Translations under genes and position numbers: made by a program | Assembly (NCBI GenBank): GCA_963695095.1 | Contig: CAVOFT010000001.1 | Span: forward strand, 3,008,001 to 3,072,000 | Direction of reading: 5' to 3' | DNA length: 64,000 bases | Origin: an uncultured bacterium | Lineage (GTDB): Bacteria > Krumholzibacteriota > Krumholzibacteriia > JACNKJ01 | Notes under the pieces: model-generated | Told to the model about the DNA's origin: nothing | Database searches by the model: none | What the model saw: only the letters and a program-made list of their open reading frames with translations | Part shown: positions 32,301 through 42,686 of the stretch, in pieces | How positions within the stretch are numbered: the stretch's first letter is position 1 | Layout of the letters: every line of letters begins with the position of its first letter

Positions 32301-34957
32301 GCCGTGGCCGCATCCGGGCCCAGGTTGTCCACGCGCAGCTCGTAGTTGATCAGCGCACCCGGCAGCGGATTGGGCTCATCGACCGCGAGGGAGAGGGCGA
32401 GATCGGCGGCCCGTACGCGCAGGCTGATCGCCGCGGCGTTGTCCCCGGGATCGGGGTCGGCCTGGGCGCAGTTCGCCACGCTGAGGCTGTCGACCAGGGT
32501 GAGGCCGGCGCTGCCTGGAGGGACGTCGGCATCCAGGAGCAGGGTGGCGCTGGCGCCCTGGGCCAGCCGGCCCAGGATCCAGAGCCCGCGGGCGGCGTCG
32601 TAGGCGCCGGCGCTGGGGGCGGCGGCGGCGAACTCCAGACCCACGGGCAGGGCCGCGCGCAGCGCGAGGCCGTCCGCGGCGCGAGGGCCCGTGTTCTGCA
32701 CCGTGGCCGTGAAGCGCAGGCGCTGGCCCACGTCGGGCTCGGCGTCATCGACGCCCAGGGCGACGGCTAGGTCGGCGAGCCCCGAGGTGTACACGAGCAG
32801 GCGGGGACGGCGACTCGAGTTGGCCTCCTCCTTCGTGTAGTACTTGGACTCCCTGTCCCACGAGCTGGCGAGGAAGGCGAGGCCCTGATTGGGCGAGGTG
32901 CCCGCCACCCAGTCGGCGGCCAGCCCGCCGATCTCGATGCTGTACATCTGCTGGATGAGCGGCAGGAAGCTGGCGGCCGGCTCGGGATCGACGGCCTCCC
33001 CGAAGCCGTTCCAGTTGATGGTGGTTTCGTTCCAGGCCCTTGTCGCCCGATGGATGTTCACGGGCAAGCCGCTGTCGTCCTTCGACTGCACGGTCACCTG
33101 CAGCAGTGCGGACTGCACGCGGCTCGCCGGCGGAACGCTCGTCAGATCGAAGCCGAGGAGCGTCCAGCGGTCGGCGCCCGACCGGCGCCGGACCTTCATT
33201 TCAATCTCATCGCCGTGTTCGTCGTAGGGATGGTCTTCCTCGATCCAGGTGTCGCCCAGCGCGGAGAGCGTGAACAGCTCGAAGGCGGTGACGGCGATGT
33301 CGACGGCAGCGGCCGCGTCGGCCGGCGTGGGATCGGGGGGCAGCGCTTCCGTGACCGCGGCCGTCGCGGTGTAGAGCCCGCCCTCGCTGCCGGGCAGGGC
33401 CCAGACCTGGATGCGCAGCGTCGCGGTGGCGCCGGCCGCGAAGGTGGCGAGCTGCCACTTGCTCGAGGCGGGATTGTAGCTGCCGGCGCTCGCCTGATGG
33501 GCCAGGTAGCCCAGCCCGGCCGGCAGCGCGAACAGCACCTGGACGTTGGTGGCGGCGTCCGGACCGCCATTGTGCAGATCGATGGCCAGCCACAGGGAAT
33601 CGCCCTCTTCCACCACGGAGGGCAGGGCGCTGAGGGCCAGGCTCAGGTCCGCGCCGGGCAACTGCAGCAGGAGCGTGGCGCTGTCATCCGCGGGGTGGAG
33701 ATCCGGCAGGGCCGCCGCCGCAATGCTTGCCGTGACGGCGATCGTGCCGACCACCGACTCGGCACCCGCGCGCTGATCGCGCACGCTCGTCGCCTGCCCG
33801 CCGGCAGCGGAGCGATGGCCCAGGCGCCGGCGCCGGCGTCCCCGGCTACGCCTTCCACCTGACGGACTGAAGACGAGGCCCTCCGGCTCCGGCACGGCAA
33901 GCTCGACGCCCTGGGCCGTGCGCGGACCAGCGTTGGCGAGCCTCAGGGTGAGGAGGACCGTCTGCCCCGGCTGGGGCGTGAGATCATCGGCTTCGAGCGC
34001 GAGGCTCAGTTCGGCGTGGTCCGCCCCGCGCGCAGCCAGCCAGAAGAAGGCCTGGCCGTTCTGGTTGACCGCGGCGCTGGAGCCCCGCTCGATGCCCGTG
34101 GCCGTGAGGGCCTGGATGGCGTTGGCGTAGTTGGCCAGCGCATCGAAGCTCTGCGTGGCGTCGCCGGCCAGGGCGGAGGGGCGCTGGGCGCCGCTGGTGG
34201 AGCCGCCGGACTTCACCAGGACGTAGTCGGGCTGGAAGCCGCCCAGCTCCACGGCGCTGTTGTCCAGGCCATTGCCCCAGTAGCGGCCTGCGGCCAGGTG
34301 ACCCGGCGACTGGCTCCAGGCGATGTAGTGGTAGCGCGTGAAGGCGGCATTCACGTCCGATGAGGTGCCGACCTGGAAGCCGTCGGCGACGAGATCGATG
34401 ATGCGATTCGTGGTCGCCGTCTCGGTGCTGAAGGGCAGGCTGTAGCCCGCCGTCATCTCCCGGTTGCGGTGCCAGGCGCGGGTGGCGCCCTCGCCCATCA
34501 CGAGCACGAGGTCCGGATCGATGCCCAGGCCGGTGACGGTCTGGTTGGCGATGCTCCAGCCGGTGTAGCTGCCCACGCGGATCTCGTCGCCGGCGCTGAA
34601 GGCCACCCAGTAGTAGTTGCTGCCGGAGGCGTTCACATCGGCATCGGAACCGATGCTGAAGCCATCCGGATCCAGGCTGAGCAGGCGATTCGCCTGCAGG
34701 TCCCAGGCGCCGGAGAGGTGCTTGCAGTAGCCCACGGGCATGTCGGTGCTGCGGCAGACGGCGCCATCGTTGCGGTTGCCCTTGACGATGACGACGACGG
34801 GCTGGAAGCCCAGACCCGTGATCGCGCGCGCATTGCCGCCGTCGCCGACGTAGCTGCCGCTGGCGACGTAGCAGGGCGCTGCGAGGGCGCCGCCGCCCCG
34901 GCGAGCAGCGCGGCGAGGGCGAGTCAGCAGACTGAGCCGGCGCGGCCTCTGAACCAT
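26396..34957 (-). CDS. Giant (~2850 aa) secreted protein: GFQPD repeats, DUF11 Ig-like repeats, DNRLRE-like domain, C-terminal FlgD-Ig
   Basis: Repeated ADL.L...N.GP..A..V...D.LP.GL...G.Y...W..G.LA.G units; DTWIEE...FDLTSVP..V.SA.L...RPRL; NFPNPF...WDGKNGRG...NGVY. Short compensated frameshifts near the N-terminus. Confidence 0.88.
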   Translation of the reverse strand: MVQRPRRLSLLTRPRRAARRGGGALAAPCYVASGSYVGDGGNARAITGLGFQPVVVIVKGNRNDGAVCRSTDMPVGYCKHLSGAWDLQANRLLSLDPDGFSIGSDADVNASGSNYYWVAFSAGDEIRVGSYTGWSIANQTVTGLGIDPDLVLVMGEGATRAWHRNREMTAGYSLPFSTETATTNRIIDLVADGFQVGTSSDVNAAFTRYHYIAWSQSPGHLAAGRYWGNGLDNSAVELGGFQPDYVLVKSGGSTSGAQRPSALAGDATQSFDALANYANAIQALTATGIERGSSAAVNQNGQAFFWLAARGADHAELSLALEADDLTPQPGQTVLLTLRLANAGPRTAQGVELAVPEPEGLVFSPSGGRRSRGRRRRRLGHRSAAGGQATSVRDQRAGAESVVGTIAVTASIAAAALPDLHPADDSATLLLQLPGADLSLALSALPSVVEEGDSLWLAIDLHNGGPDAATNVQVLFALPAGLGYLAHQASAGSYNPASSKWQLATFAAGATATLRIQVWALPGSEGGLYTATAAVTEALPPDPTPADAAAAVDIAVTAFELFTLSALGDTWIEEDHPYDEHGDEIEMKVRRRSGADRWTLLGFDLTSVPPASRVQSALLQVTVQSKDDSGLPVNIHRATRAWNETTINWNGFGEAVDPEPAASFLPLIQQMYSIEIGGLAADWVAGTSPNQGLAFLASSWDRESKYYTKEEANSSRRPRLLVYTSGLADLAVALGVDDAEPDVGQRLRFTATVQNTGPRAADGLALRAALPVGLEFAAAAPSAGAYDAARGLWILGRLAQGASATLLLDADVPPGSAGLTLVDSLSVANCAQADPDPGDNAAAISLRVRAADLALSLAVDEPNPLPGALINYELRVDNLGPDAATAVVLRDSLAAGLALQSATPSQGSFDDLGGLWQVGSLAAGAWATLELAVQLQAEGELEHLAWRVGADQGDPVAANDTTRLTVTPAAADLALAMSVDDDTAGEGEPLSFTLIVTNLGPQAATGVQIGDLLPAGLLYLGDTPSQGIYLPASGLWALGDLSAGASATLVLDATPAPGTAGSEIENSAERIASTPADPEPANDRAGVRIAVGGTDLALELSLDAEAADPGDLRLLTLVLRNLGSQPASGISVRDSLPAGLLFESASPELGGYDAGAGLWSPDTLAAGDSLQLRLEARVAGGWAGQQLLTRAWIAAADQADPTAANDSTSAALLVRAADLTLGLEIDDDSLEVGEACELLATLANAGPQPAVGAGVLIELPAGLSLTGHSAGQGAFAPATGIWTLGELAAESAAALTLQLEASFAGAGQTLTLSAAAGAQTEDPAPEDNSAALAIVIGEAELPRVLVSAPAQAGQSLYPGGNPVAVFELRLVNATPEAQTLDTLAVRNASTGAGSAAQLDADWSALLLTAQLATEGGEPVDFNEPRASAAMSAGAARFTGLNLTMAPGDTLLLHVRGGASLAARDGDRLDLRLAGPEDLGFAQPCSLGAAWPLAPAGDFPVDGMAAAQLRLWAPGNATLMTGTLNALVMDLRVPANGYAADVLQKINVVNWGSAQAGLDIAALRLWRDDGDGLFDPALDAPLGELVSTVARWERYGLSESVPVGGLRLFVTADIAPLATEGATVALGLPVDPTDTALGMASANDGPIDRSVPAAQTQWISADDRITVSASPLAESSAAPGQERLPLLALQFSNSYAVAKTLVRLDLVAAGSGSGTPAELAEGLERVALWEDSNGDGLPDGGPPLAMAGLTGREASLTGFTWTLPAESLGRLLVTADLSLTRAADGDRLGAMVEAAEALGFADATSAAALYPLGGEGAILVDGMVAAQLTNHGAPVATVGPGEGPVLALDFHLPANGYAADALQHLTVRDMDGSAGGDELGNLELWADGGDGLWGAGGGDDADLGVLAWLGSSWQSAFSAIPVPEAGLRLFVGFTVSPALADSATLRLGVPVDGIVMASANDGPRDLPLVNPESQLLSTATLLSSLGITPAGSIVGQTLNVAMTLRNLSAESMSGIAPSPLVSQGAGEVGWLSGPTPATLALDPGESGLVSWTYTALAAGQVALRGSASGLGEQSGLTHLSLESVSSAHQIWVEADSLALHATASLPFVVNRGQTDVLPLHLTFSHQGGGQASDVSLESLRLRLRAPDGAGIAPAALLAGLRVKEGAQVYLARNAGAMETSGDLLDLELTQPVRVRAGEPVTLDLAVDIAAATLVPEFSLLIENAQAFGAVDATSGAPVTVALDAGSYPITAGPARVSAPAESLLVSSAPDTLRPVGQGQPAVLLETLSFENPGVMGITADLRLLAFAVAGVDSAGTAPIALGGRLSRLRLVDESGGLHGERILAPGQTGPLVLTCSPLVAIAAGAPRRLLLIGDLAQGAPLGLFRLRLEPPSSLQVHDAISGAPVPAAYAEPFLLGHPLRVESTADRLIAHALPVAPDSAGVGARDLAVLRVRLRHPGGSGDGGLRAAGCSLRFLDALRDSLVPGLHAERLRADWNGAPLAELSSLPSAGGSVYLPLGDRILAPGETAELTIRLDLEASAPAGFLELALDGPGWWSFDVNTGQPALLAAEPGEALPLLSGLIWLEEAPRDLLLGLASRLPTLLAADGQEVPCALLSFANPAAPGAGAVALAGFALAAEDRAGAALALGSAVSRLRLYRGEQLWAESAPLTPDSLSAWIGPSAPVAIEPGPPLALELRAVLSEDFSGESLRLTLAATDVALLQPENPLLAVALRPAAGQEFPLRTAVGNFSPRSLAESYSNFPNPFAAGRDETTIAYYLERPARVSLKFWTGRGELVCTLLDGALKPAGLQQDDRWDGKNGRGTAVQNGVYLAELQVTYADGDRERLLRKVAVLR

Positions 34958-34972
34958 GGTCTCCCCATCCCG

Positions 34973-35052
34973 GACCTTGATTGCCATCGGCGAACCCGAG
35001 CGGTCAGGGCGAGACCTTGATTGCCATCGGCGAACCCGAGCGGTCAGGGCGA
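34973..35052. repeat. Perfect 40-bp tandem duplication upstream of the giant gene
   Basis: GACCTTGATTGCCATCGGCGAACCCGAGCGGTCAGGGCGA x2. Confidence 0.95.
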
Positions 35053-35270
35053 AGGCGGACGCTCGCGGTCGGGCGAGCGCCCCCTGCCCGCTAGGGGAAT
35101 CGGCTCTCCGGGGCAGCTTCTTGACCGGAATCGGGGTTCAGGCGGTGCCGAGTAAGGGCGCATCCTGCCCTCGCCTGCCGCCGGGCGGGTGCCCTCGCCT
35201 GCCCCGGCGGCCGGCGGCAGGCATTTCGGCAGCAAGGTCGCGGGGGACCGGCCGCGGGCGGGGGCGAGGG

Positions 35271-35779
35271 CTAGGCGAGAGCGGCCAGGGCGGCGTCGTA
35301 GTCGGGCTCGCTCGACGGTCTCCGGCACGAGCTGGCTGTGGAGCACCTTGCCGGCGGCGTCCAGCACGACGACCGAGCGGGCGAGCAGGCCGGCCAGGGG
35401 GCCGTCGGCGATGCGGACGCCGTAGGCCCGGCCGAAGGCGCCGTCGCGGAAGTCGCGAGGCGGAGACCACGTGCGTCCAGGCCCTCGGCTGGTGCAGAAG
35501 CGCTTGTGGGCGAAGGGCAGGTCCATGCGACACGCACAGGACGGCGGTGTCGTCCAGCCCGCGCGGCCTCGGCGTTGAAGCGACGCACGCTGGCGGCGCA
35601 GACGTCGGTGTCGAGGCTGGGGAAGATGTTCAGCACCACCCGCTGGCCCTTGTAGCTCGCCCAGGGTGACGGCGCTGAGGTCGGTACTTGACGAGGGTGA
35701 AGTCGGGGGCGGCGGTGCCCACGGCGGGCAGGTCGCCCACGGTGTTGAAGGGGTTGCCCTTGAGGGTGAAGTGGGCCAT
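35271..35779 (-). CDS. tpx: Thiol peroxidase, frameshifted
   Basis: [63 protein letters not shown]. Confidence 0.92.
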
Positions 35780-35847
35780 GCGGCACTCCTTGGGTTCGGT
35801 GGGGGATCCCCATCCATAGCACAGGCGCGTCCGCGGAGGCCAGCCCC

Positions 35848-36940
35848 TCAGTCGTGCAGGTCGCGGTGGCAGCTCATGCAGGCGGCGCCCTGCCCGTGTT
35901 CGGTGGACTCCTCGTAGTGGCACTTCACGCAGAGCGCCCGCTGGGCGGGGTGGGCGTAGGGATTCGGGCAGGGGATAGGAGCCGGAGACCTGGCCGTCCT
36001 CGTCGAGGAAGTTCACGTTGGGATCCCAGCGGGTGGCGGCCGGCGCGCTCGTGGCGTGGGCCCGGTGGCAGCTCATGCAGGTGACGCGGCAGTCCTGGAA
36101 GGCGCCGGCCGTGCCGTCCACGGCCATGCTCGCCTGCTCGAGCGGCACCTCGGGCAGGTAGGCGGTCCAGTAGTCGCCGCCCGTGGGGTTGTCCGGGCCG
36201 GCGTAGCCGTTGTAGGACTGGCGCGCCTCGCCGTCCAGCGGCCGGTCCACGGGATGCCCGAAGCCGGCGCCGGACTCATCGTGGTAGAAGCCGTGGCAGT
36301 TGGCGCACCACTCCGACCAGCCGGCCTGGTAGGCCGTGTGGTTCGCGAGCGCCTCGGGCGGTCCGTCCAGCGCCGGCCCCGCGCCCTGCGGGGCGGGATA
36401 GTGGAAGCTGTAGCCGGCCGCGTCCTGCTCCCCCGCGCCGCGCAGCAGGCGGTAGTTGGTATTGCCGTGGGGATCGTGACAGCTCGTGCAGCCGAGCGCA
36501 TCGGCGGGGTAGTCGCCGCCCGGCGCCTGCGGGTGCTCCGGATCCTCGAAGAGGCCCAGGTCGGCCGAGACCAGGCTGTGACCCGCCCGATGGCCGCCGA
36601 TCGGGTAGAGGAGCCCGTCCGGAGCGTCATTCAGGTTGGGTGCGAACAGGAAGATGAAATTGCCCGGCCCGCGCTCGGGCGGCGGGTAGGCCGGATCGCC
36701 GGCCAGCACCGCCCCGAGGGCGGTGGCGTGGCAGGACAGGCACAGGTCCGTGGAGGAGGCGAAGCGCAGCAGGCCGCTGACGCCCCCGGGCACGCCCGGA
36801 TCGGCGGGCAGGCCGTCCTCGCTACCGTGCAGGATGTGGCAGGCGCCACAGGCCGCCACGCCGCCCTCGTGGAAGGCGAGGGCGGGCTGGGCGCCGAGCA
36901 GCAGGAGGGCGAGCAGGCAGGCGGTCGACAGGATGCGCAC
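35848..36940 (-). CDS. Periplasmic multiheme cytochrome c (7 CxxCH), C-terminal frameshift
   Basis: Signal peptide; CGACH, CLSCH, CTSCH, CANCH, CMSCH, then CVKCH and CMSCH in the shifted frame. Confidence 0.88.
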
Positions 36941-37220
36941 GGGCGGACTCCCCGGATGGGATCGATGCGGACGGGCGCCGCGGGAGGACGCGAAGCAAGC
37001 TTCCGGCCAGTATACGCGATGGCGGGGAATCGACGCCAGCGGCCGATCGCCGCATGCCTCCGCTTGCAGGCCGCTCCCCGGAGGGAATAGAATTGCTGCG
37101 CACATCGACCCGGCATCCGGGGCCCCACCCAGCGGGCGGGGCCCCACGCAGGTTGGTCTTGGTTTTCGCCTGACATCCAGCATGGCCACAGTCCATCACC
37201 TGTTCGAGGGGAGATCACCG

Positions 37221-40200
37221 ATGAAGAAGTTCGCGATCGGTCTGCTCGTGCTCCTCTGGTTGCTGCCTGCAGCGGCCATGGGCGCGGATCCACTCAACGC
37301 CTTCGATGCCGACGCCGCGCGCACGCTCGCGCCGCGCCCCTTCGCTCCCGCCCAGTCCGGATTCGCTACCAAGCCGGACCCGGCGGCCCATGCTGCCCTG
37401 CGCGCAGGATCGCCTGCTCGTGCAGTTCACCACCGACGCCATGGAACGGGCGCAGCTCGACCTCTCCTTCAGGTGCGGCCACGCCGAACGCCGCCACCGG
37501 CCTGCCCTCCGTCGACGCGCTGACCGCGTCCGCTGGCGTGCGCTCGGTGGAGCGTCCCTACGCCCAACCGCGCGACGAGGCCCGGGCCATCGCCCTGGGC
37601 GTGGACCGCTGGTACCTCCTGCGCTTCGACACCGGGCGCGACCTGGCCGACGTGGCCGCCTCCCTGAGCGCGTTGCCCGACGTCGCGGCCGTCTCGCTGG
37701 ACTGGGTCGCCTTCCCGGCGGCGGTGCCCACCGATCCGCTGTACGCCGATCACTGGGGACACAACAACACCGCCCAGCTGCCCGGCTAGACTGGGGCGGC
37801 ACCTATGACCACACGCTGGCCCAACACGGTGGGCACCCCCGGCTTCGACGCCAACGCCCAGGCCGCGTGGGACGGCAGCCAGGGCTACGGCACCGCCGAG
37901 CGTCGTCATCGCCATCCTCGACAGCGGCGTCGACATCGACCACCCCGACCTGCGCCTGGTCGCCGGCTACGACTTCGGCGACAACGACAGCAACCCCGAC
38001 GACAACTCAGCGGCAGCGCGGGCCACGGCACCTGCTGTGCCGGTGTGGCGGCGTTCGGTGCAACAACAGCCTCGGCGCCGCCGGCATCGCCGCCGGCTGC
38101 AGCATCATGCCCTGCAAGGTGGCCAACAGCGCCGGTTCGATGTACTTCAGCTCCATCCAGAACGCCCTCTACTGGGCGGCCGACAACGGCGCCGACATCA
38201 TCAGCATGAGCCTCGGCGCCGCGATCAGCAGCGACCCGGCCACCGACACGGCGATCAACTACGCCTACAACGCCGGCTGCGTGATCCTGGCCGCGACGGG
38301 CAACGAGAACACGAGCACCATCAGCTACCCGGCCATCCACGCCAACGTGATCGGCGTCGGCGCCGCCTCGCCCTGCGGCGACCGCAAGCGGCTCGAGCAG
38401 CAGCGGCCGAGTGCAACCCCGGCGTCAGCACCGACCCCAACGGCTACACCTGCGACGGCGAGCGCTGGTGGGGCTCCAACTACGGCGTCACACCGCCGGA
38501 CGCGGCCGGCGCCGTGGACGTCATCGCCCCGACCATCCTGCCGACGACGGACATCGGCGGCAGCGGCGGCTATCGCCGCGGCGACTACGAGCCGTTCTTC
38601 AACGGCACGTCCTGCGCCACGCCGTACGCGGCCGGTGTCTGCGCGCTGATCAAGTCGAAGAATCCCGACCTGGACGCCGGCGCAGATCCGCAACCAGCTC
38701 GTCAACACGGCCAGCGACATCGTCAACGTCGAGTCGGGCACCGGCTGGGACCGCTACAGCGGCTACGGCATGGTCGACGCCGCAGCGGCGGTGGGCGGCG
38801 GCGGCGGCCCGTGCCGCCGACGGCGGCGTTCGTCGGCTCGCCGACGAGCGGCAACGCCCCGCTGCCGGTCAGCTTCACCGACCAGTCGAGCGGCGCGCCC
38901 ACGTCGCTGGAGCTGGAACTTCGGCGACGGCGGCACGCTCGACGGCCCAGAACCCCGGCCACACCTACACCAACGCCGGCACCTACACGGTGACCCTGAC
39001 CGCGAGCAACGCCGACGGCTCCGACGCCGAGGTCAAGACCAACTACATCACGGTGACCGAGCCGGCCGGCACCTACGCCAACCTGCCCTACGCCACGGGC
39101 TTCGAGACCGGCGGGCTGGACCAGTACTGGACGACGGCTCGACCACCGACAGGGCCGCATCCAGATCACCACGGCCAACACGCCCGCACGGCGGCACGCT
39201 ACCACCTGCGATGGACGACAGCTCGAACGGCGGCACCTACAGCCCAGAACGAGGCGTGGCTGCACCTGAACCTGGCCGGGCTGGCGCAGGTGGACCTGAG
39301 CTTCTGGTGGAAGGATTTCGGCGACGAGACCCACACCCAGGACGGCGTCTTCTTCTCCGACAACGGCGGCAGCAGCTTCGTCAAGGTCCTCGACCTCAAC
39401 GGGCGCGAGCTACACCAACAACGTCTGGAACAACTTCACCCTCGACGTCGACGCGCTCGGCGCGGCCGACGGGCTCAGCCTGAACAGCACGTTCGTGGTC
39501 AAGTTCCAGCAGTACGACAACTACCCGATCACCACCGACGGCTTCGCCTTCGACGACATCAGCGTCACGGCAGCGCCGCGCCGCCGCCGGTGGCGGCGTT
39601 CAGCGGCACCCCACCTCCGGCGTACGCCCCGCTGGCGGTGCAGTTCACCGACGCGTCGACGGACGCGCCGACGTCCTGGAGCTGGACCTTCGGCGACGGC
39701 GGCACGTCGTACCGCGCAGAATCCGTCCACACCTACACGACGGCCGGCACCTACACGGTCAGCCTGACGGCGACCAACGCCGTCCGGTTCGGACGTCGAG
39801 ACCAAGACGGCTACATCACGGTGAGCGAGCCCGACGGGCGGCACTGGACGACCATCACCTACGACGACTTCGAGGGCGGCTTCGGCAGCTACACCGACGG
39901 CGGCGGCGACTGCGCGCGCTACACCGGCGGCACCTACGCCCACCAGGGCAGCGCGCGCGCCGATATCCAGGACAACAGCGGCATGGCGTCGTCGTTCTAC
40001 CACACGGCCAGCTACAACGTGACCGGCTACACCGAGCTCGAGGTCGACTTCTGGTTTTATGCCGTACAGCATGGACAACTCGAGCGAGGACTTCTGGGTC
40101 CAGTACTACGACGGCACCACCTGGCGGACGGTGGCGACGTTCGCCCGCGGGATCGACTTCGACAACAACACCTTCTACTGGCACCGTGCCGATTCCGCGG

Positions 40201-40614
40201 GCAGTACAACTTCCCGACCAACGCCAAGCTGCGCTTCATGTGCGACGCTAGCGGCAACCGGACGACGTGTACATCGACGAGATCGAGTTCCGCGGCCTGA
40301 CCGCGGGCGGCGCGGGAGCGGGGCCCGGGTCACGCAGACGCGGCGATCGCTGCCGGCCCAGTTCGCCCTGGACCAGAACCACCCGAATCCGTTCAACCCG
40401 GAGACGACGATCACGTTCGCACTGCCGGAGACGAGCGTGCGGCTGCAGGTGTTCGACGTCCCGGGCCGGTCGTGGCGACCCTGGTGGACGAGGTGCGCGG
40501 CGCGGTCTGCACCAGCTGCACTGGGACGCCCGCGGCGAGGCCTCGGGCGTCTACTTCTACCGGATCAGCGCCGGCGAGCTGCAGGAGACGCGCCGGATGA
40601 TCCTTCTCAAATGA
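37221..40614 (+). CDS. Secreted S8 subtilase with PKD domains and T9SS-like C-terminal domain, heavily frameshifted
   Basis: ILDSGVD, GHGTCCAG, AATGNEN, FNGTSCATP; WNFGDGG PKD repeats; QNHPNPFNPET...SGVYFYR. Confidence 0.88.
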
Positions 40615-40682
40615 GCCCCCTCGCCTCCACCCGCGCGCGACAAACGTGCTCGGGCTGGAGGCGACTCGCTCACCGGGCAAAG

Positions 40683-40717
40683 AAGGACCCGGCACGGATC
40701 TCGCGCCGGGTTCTTTA
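40683..40717. terminator. Likely bidirectional terminator between convergent genes
   Basis: AAGGACCCGGC...GCCGGGTTCTTT, with an A-rich 5' flank and T-rich 3' flank. Confidence 0.65.
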
Positions 40718-40781
40718 TGGGGTGTGTTCGATTGGCGCTCGCCTCGCAGCTCTGTCGCGCGCGGGTGGAGGCGGGGGAAGT

Positions 40782-42686
40782 TCATTTGAGGAGCGTGGCG
40801 CGGCCCACGAGCACCCGCCCGGCGGCGGTGAGGCGGTCAGGTGATCCCTGATGCCAGCCCCTCCGGACGCCAGCTCACGCGGTGCTCGCCGGCGGGCAGC
40901 GCACCGTCGACAAGGCCGGCGACCTCGCGTCCGGCCAGGTCGTACACGGTCAGCCGCGCCTGCCGGCCGCCGCCAGGCTGAAGGCGATCTCGGTGGCCGG
41001 GTTGAAGGGATTGGGGTGGTTCTGCGCCAGCCGTGCCGAGACGGCAGCTCCGGCGCGGCGGTCGGATCCGCGAACTCGCCGATGGCGATGCTCCGCGGCA
41101 GGTAGCTGCCGCCGTCCACCTCGCAGTGGTAGCCGCCGTAGTCCGCCGCAGACACCCGCCAGCGTGAGCTGGGCGGCCGTCTCGCCGGCCAGCGGCTGGC
41201 CGTCCTTGAACCACTGGTAGCTGCCGCCGTTCAGTCCGGATTCGAGCACGAACTCGGGTGCGGCGATGCCGGGGCCGGCGCCGATCACCTGATCGGCATT
41301 GCCGGCCACCACCACGCGCACGTTGTCGATGGCGCCGTTGTTCTGCAGGTCGCCCAGGATGCGCAGATCGATGGGCACCTGCGCGCTGTCCCGGATGAGC
41401 CCGTCGTTGACCAGCAGATCGCTCGCGCTCACGACGGCCGTGCCCCAGCCGGTCGCCCAGCCCTGCAGCGTGTCCGCGATGGTCGTGCCGCCGGTGAAGG
41501 CCGCCTCGTTGCTGACCTGCACGCGCCCGCGGAGCTTCGCCTGGTCGATGCTGACGCCGATCAGCGCGCTCATGCTGTGCATGTCGATCGTGTTGCCATT
41601 CGCGTAGACGGTGCCGCCGCCAGCGAACCCCAGCCGAGCAGGGTGAGATCAGCGCCGGGCGCCAGCGTCAGGTCGCCTTCGGACAGACCCAGACCGTCGC
41701 GCAGGAGCAGGGGCGTGTCGGCGACGATGCTGCCGCCCTGGAACTCGGGCAGGAACATGCTCACGTCGAAGACGCCGGCGGGTCCCATGCTCAGGTGATG
41801 CACGCTGGCGCCATCGAACTGCAGCGAGCTGCAGCTGATCTCGCCGTTGTTCACGAGGTCGCCGGCCATGTTGATGCTGAGGCCATAACTCGTATTCGTG
41901 ATGACGCCCTCGTTGATCAGCCCGCCCGCCACGGTCATGTGCCCGCCCCCGGTCAGCGACGAGGGCAAGAGGCCGTCCTTGATGGTGGCTCCGCCCGTGA
42001 AGTGGGCGGTGCCGGCGATCTCCGCCTCGCCGAAGACCACGGCCGCGTCGAGGGTGGCGTTTTGCAGGTAGGTCCAGGACACCACGTAGAGCGGGTTGCC
42101 GTTCATGCGCAACTCGCCGCTGATCCGCCCGGCGTCCACGGTAAGCGGGCAGTTGGCGCCGAGCAGCAAGCGCCCACCGGTGACGACGAGGTCCCCGGAC
42201 TTGACCCAGGGCGTCTCGACGATCAGGTCGCCCGCGGCGCCCGTCGCGAAGACGAGATTGCTGGCGAAGACGGCGGCGGCATCCTGGCTGAGGCTGCGAT
42301 CGGCGCTGCCGGTGATGCGGGTCAGGTTGTTGAGCCAGTTGCCGTCGTTGGTGAGATCGCCGCCCAGCTCGAGCGTGAAGAAATAGGAGCCGTTCTCGAT
42401 GAGGCCATCGTTCGTGACCGCCCCCGCCACGCTCAGGGTCGCCGGTCCGCTGCTGGCGGCGTGCAGCTGCCCGGCCGGCTCGACGAGCAGGCTGGCGCAG
42501 CTCTGGGTACCGGTCACGTGCACCGGCCCGGCAATGATGACCTCATCCCCGGGTCCGGGGACCACGCCCCCGACCCAGGTGCTCCCCACGGCCCAGAAGC
42601 CGCCCGCCGCGGTGGAGCTGATCAGGCTGGCCAGGGCCGGCCCCGGAGAAAGGCTAACGCATGCAAGTATAGACGATACGATTCAT
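40782..42686 (-). CDS. Secreted beta-helix-like protein with Ig and FlgD-Ig C-terminus, frameshifted
   Basis: GGFW..GSTWVGGVVPGPGDEVII N-terminus; YQWFKDG Ig motif; QNHPNPFNPATEI. Confidence 0.75.

Noticed and set aside
32787..32795. GTGTACACG as a fourth palindrome copy
   Set aside because: Only part of the site, inside ordinary coding sequence, with no HNH-like flanks.
34973..35052. CRISPR array
   Set aside because: Only two abutting units, no spacer, and no cas genes in the window.
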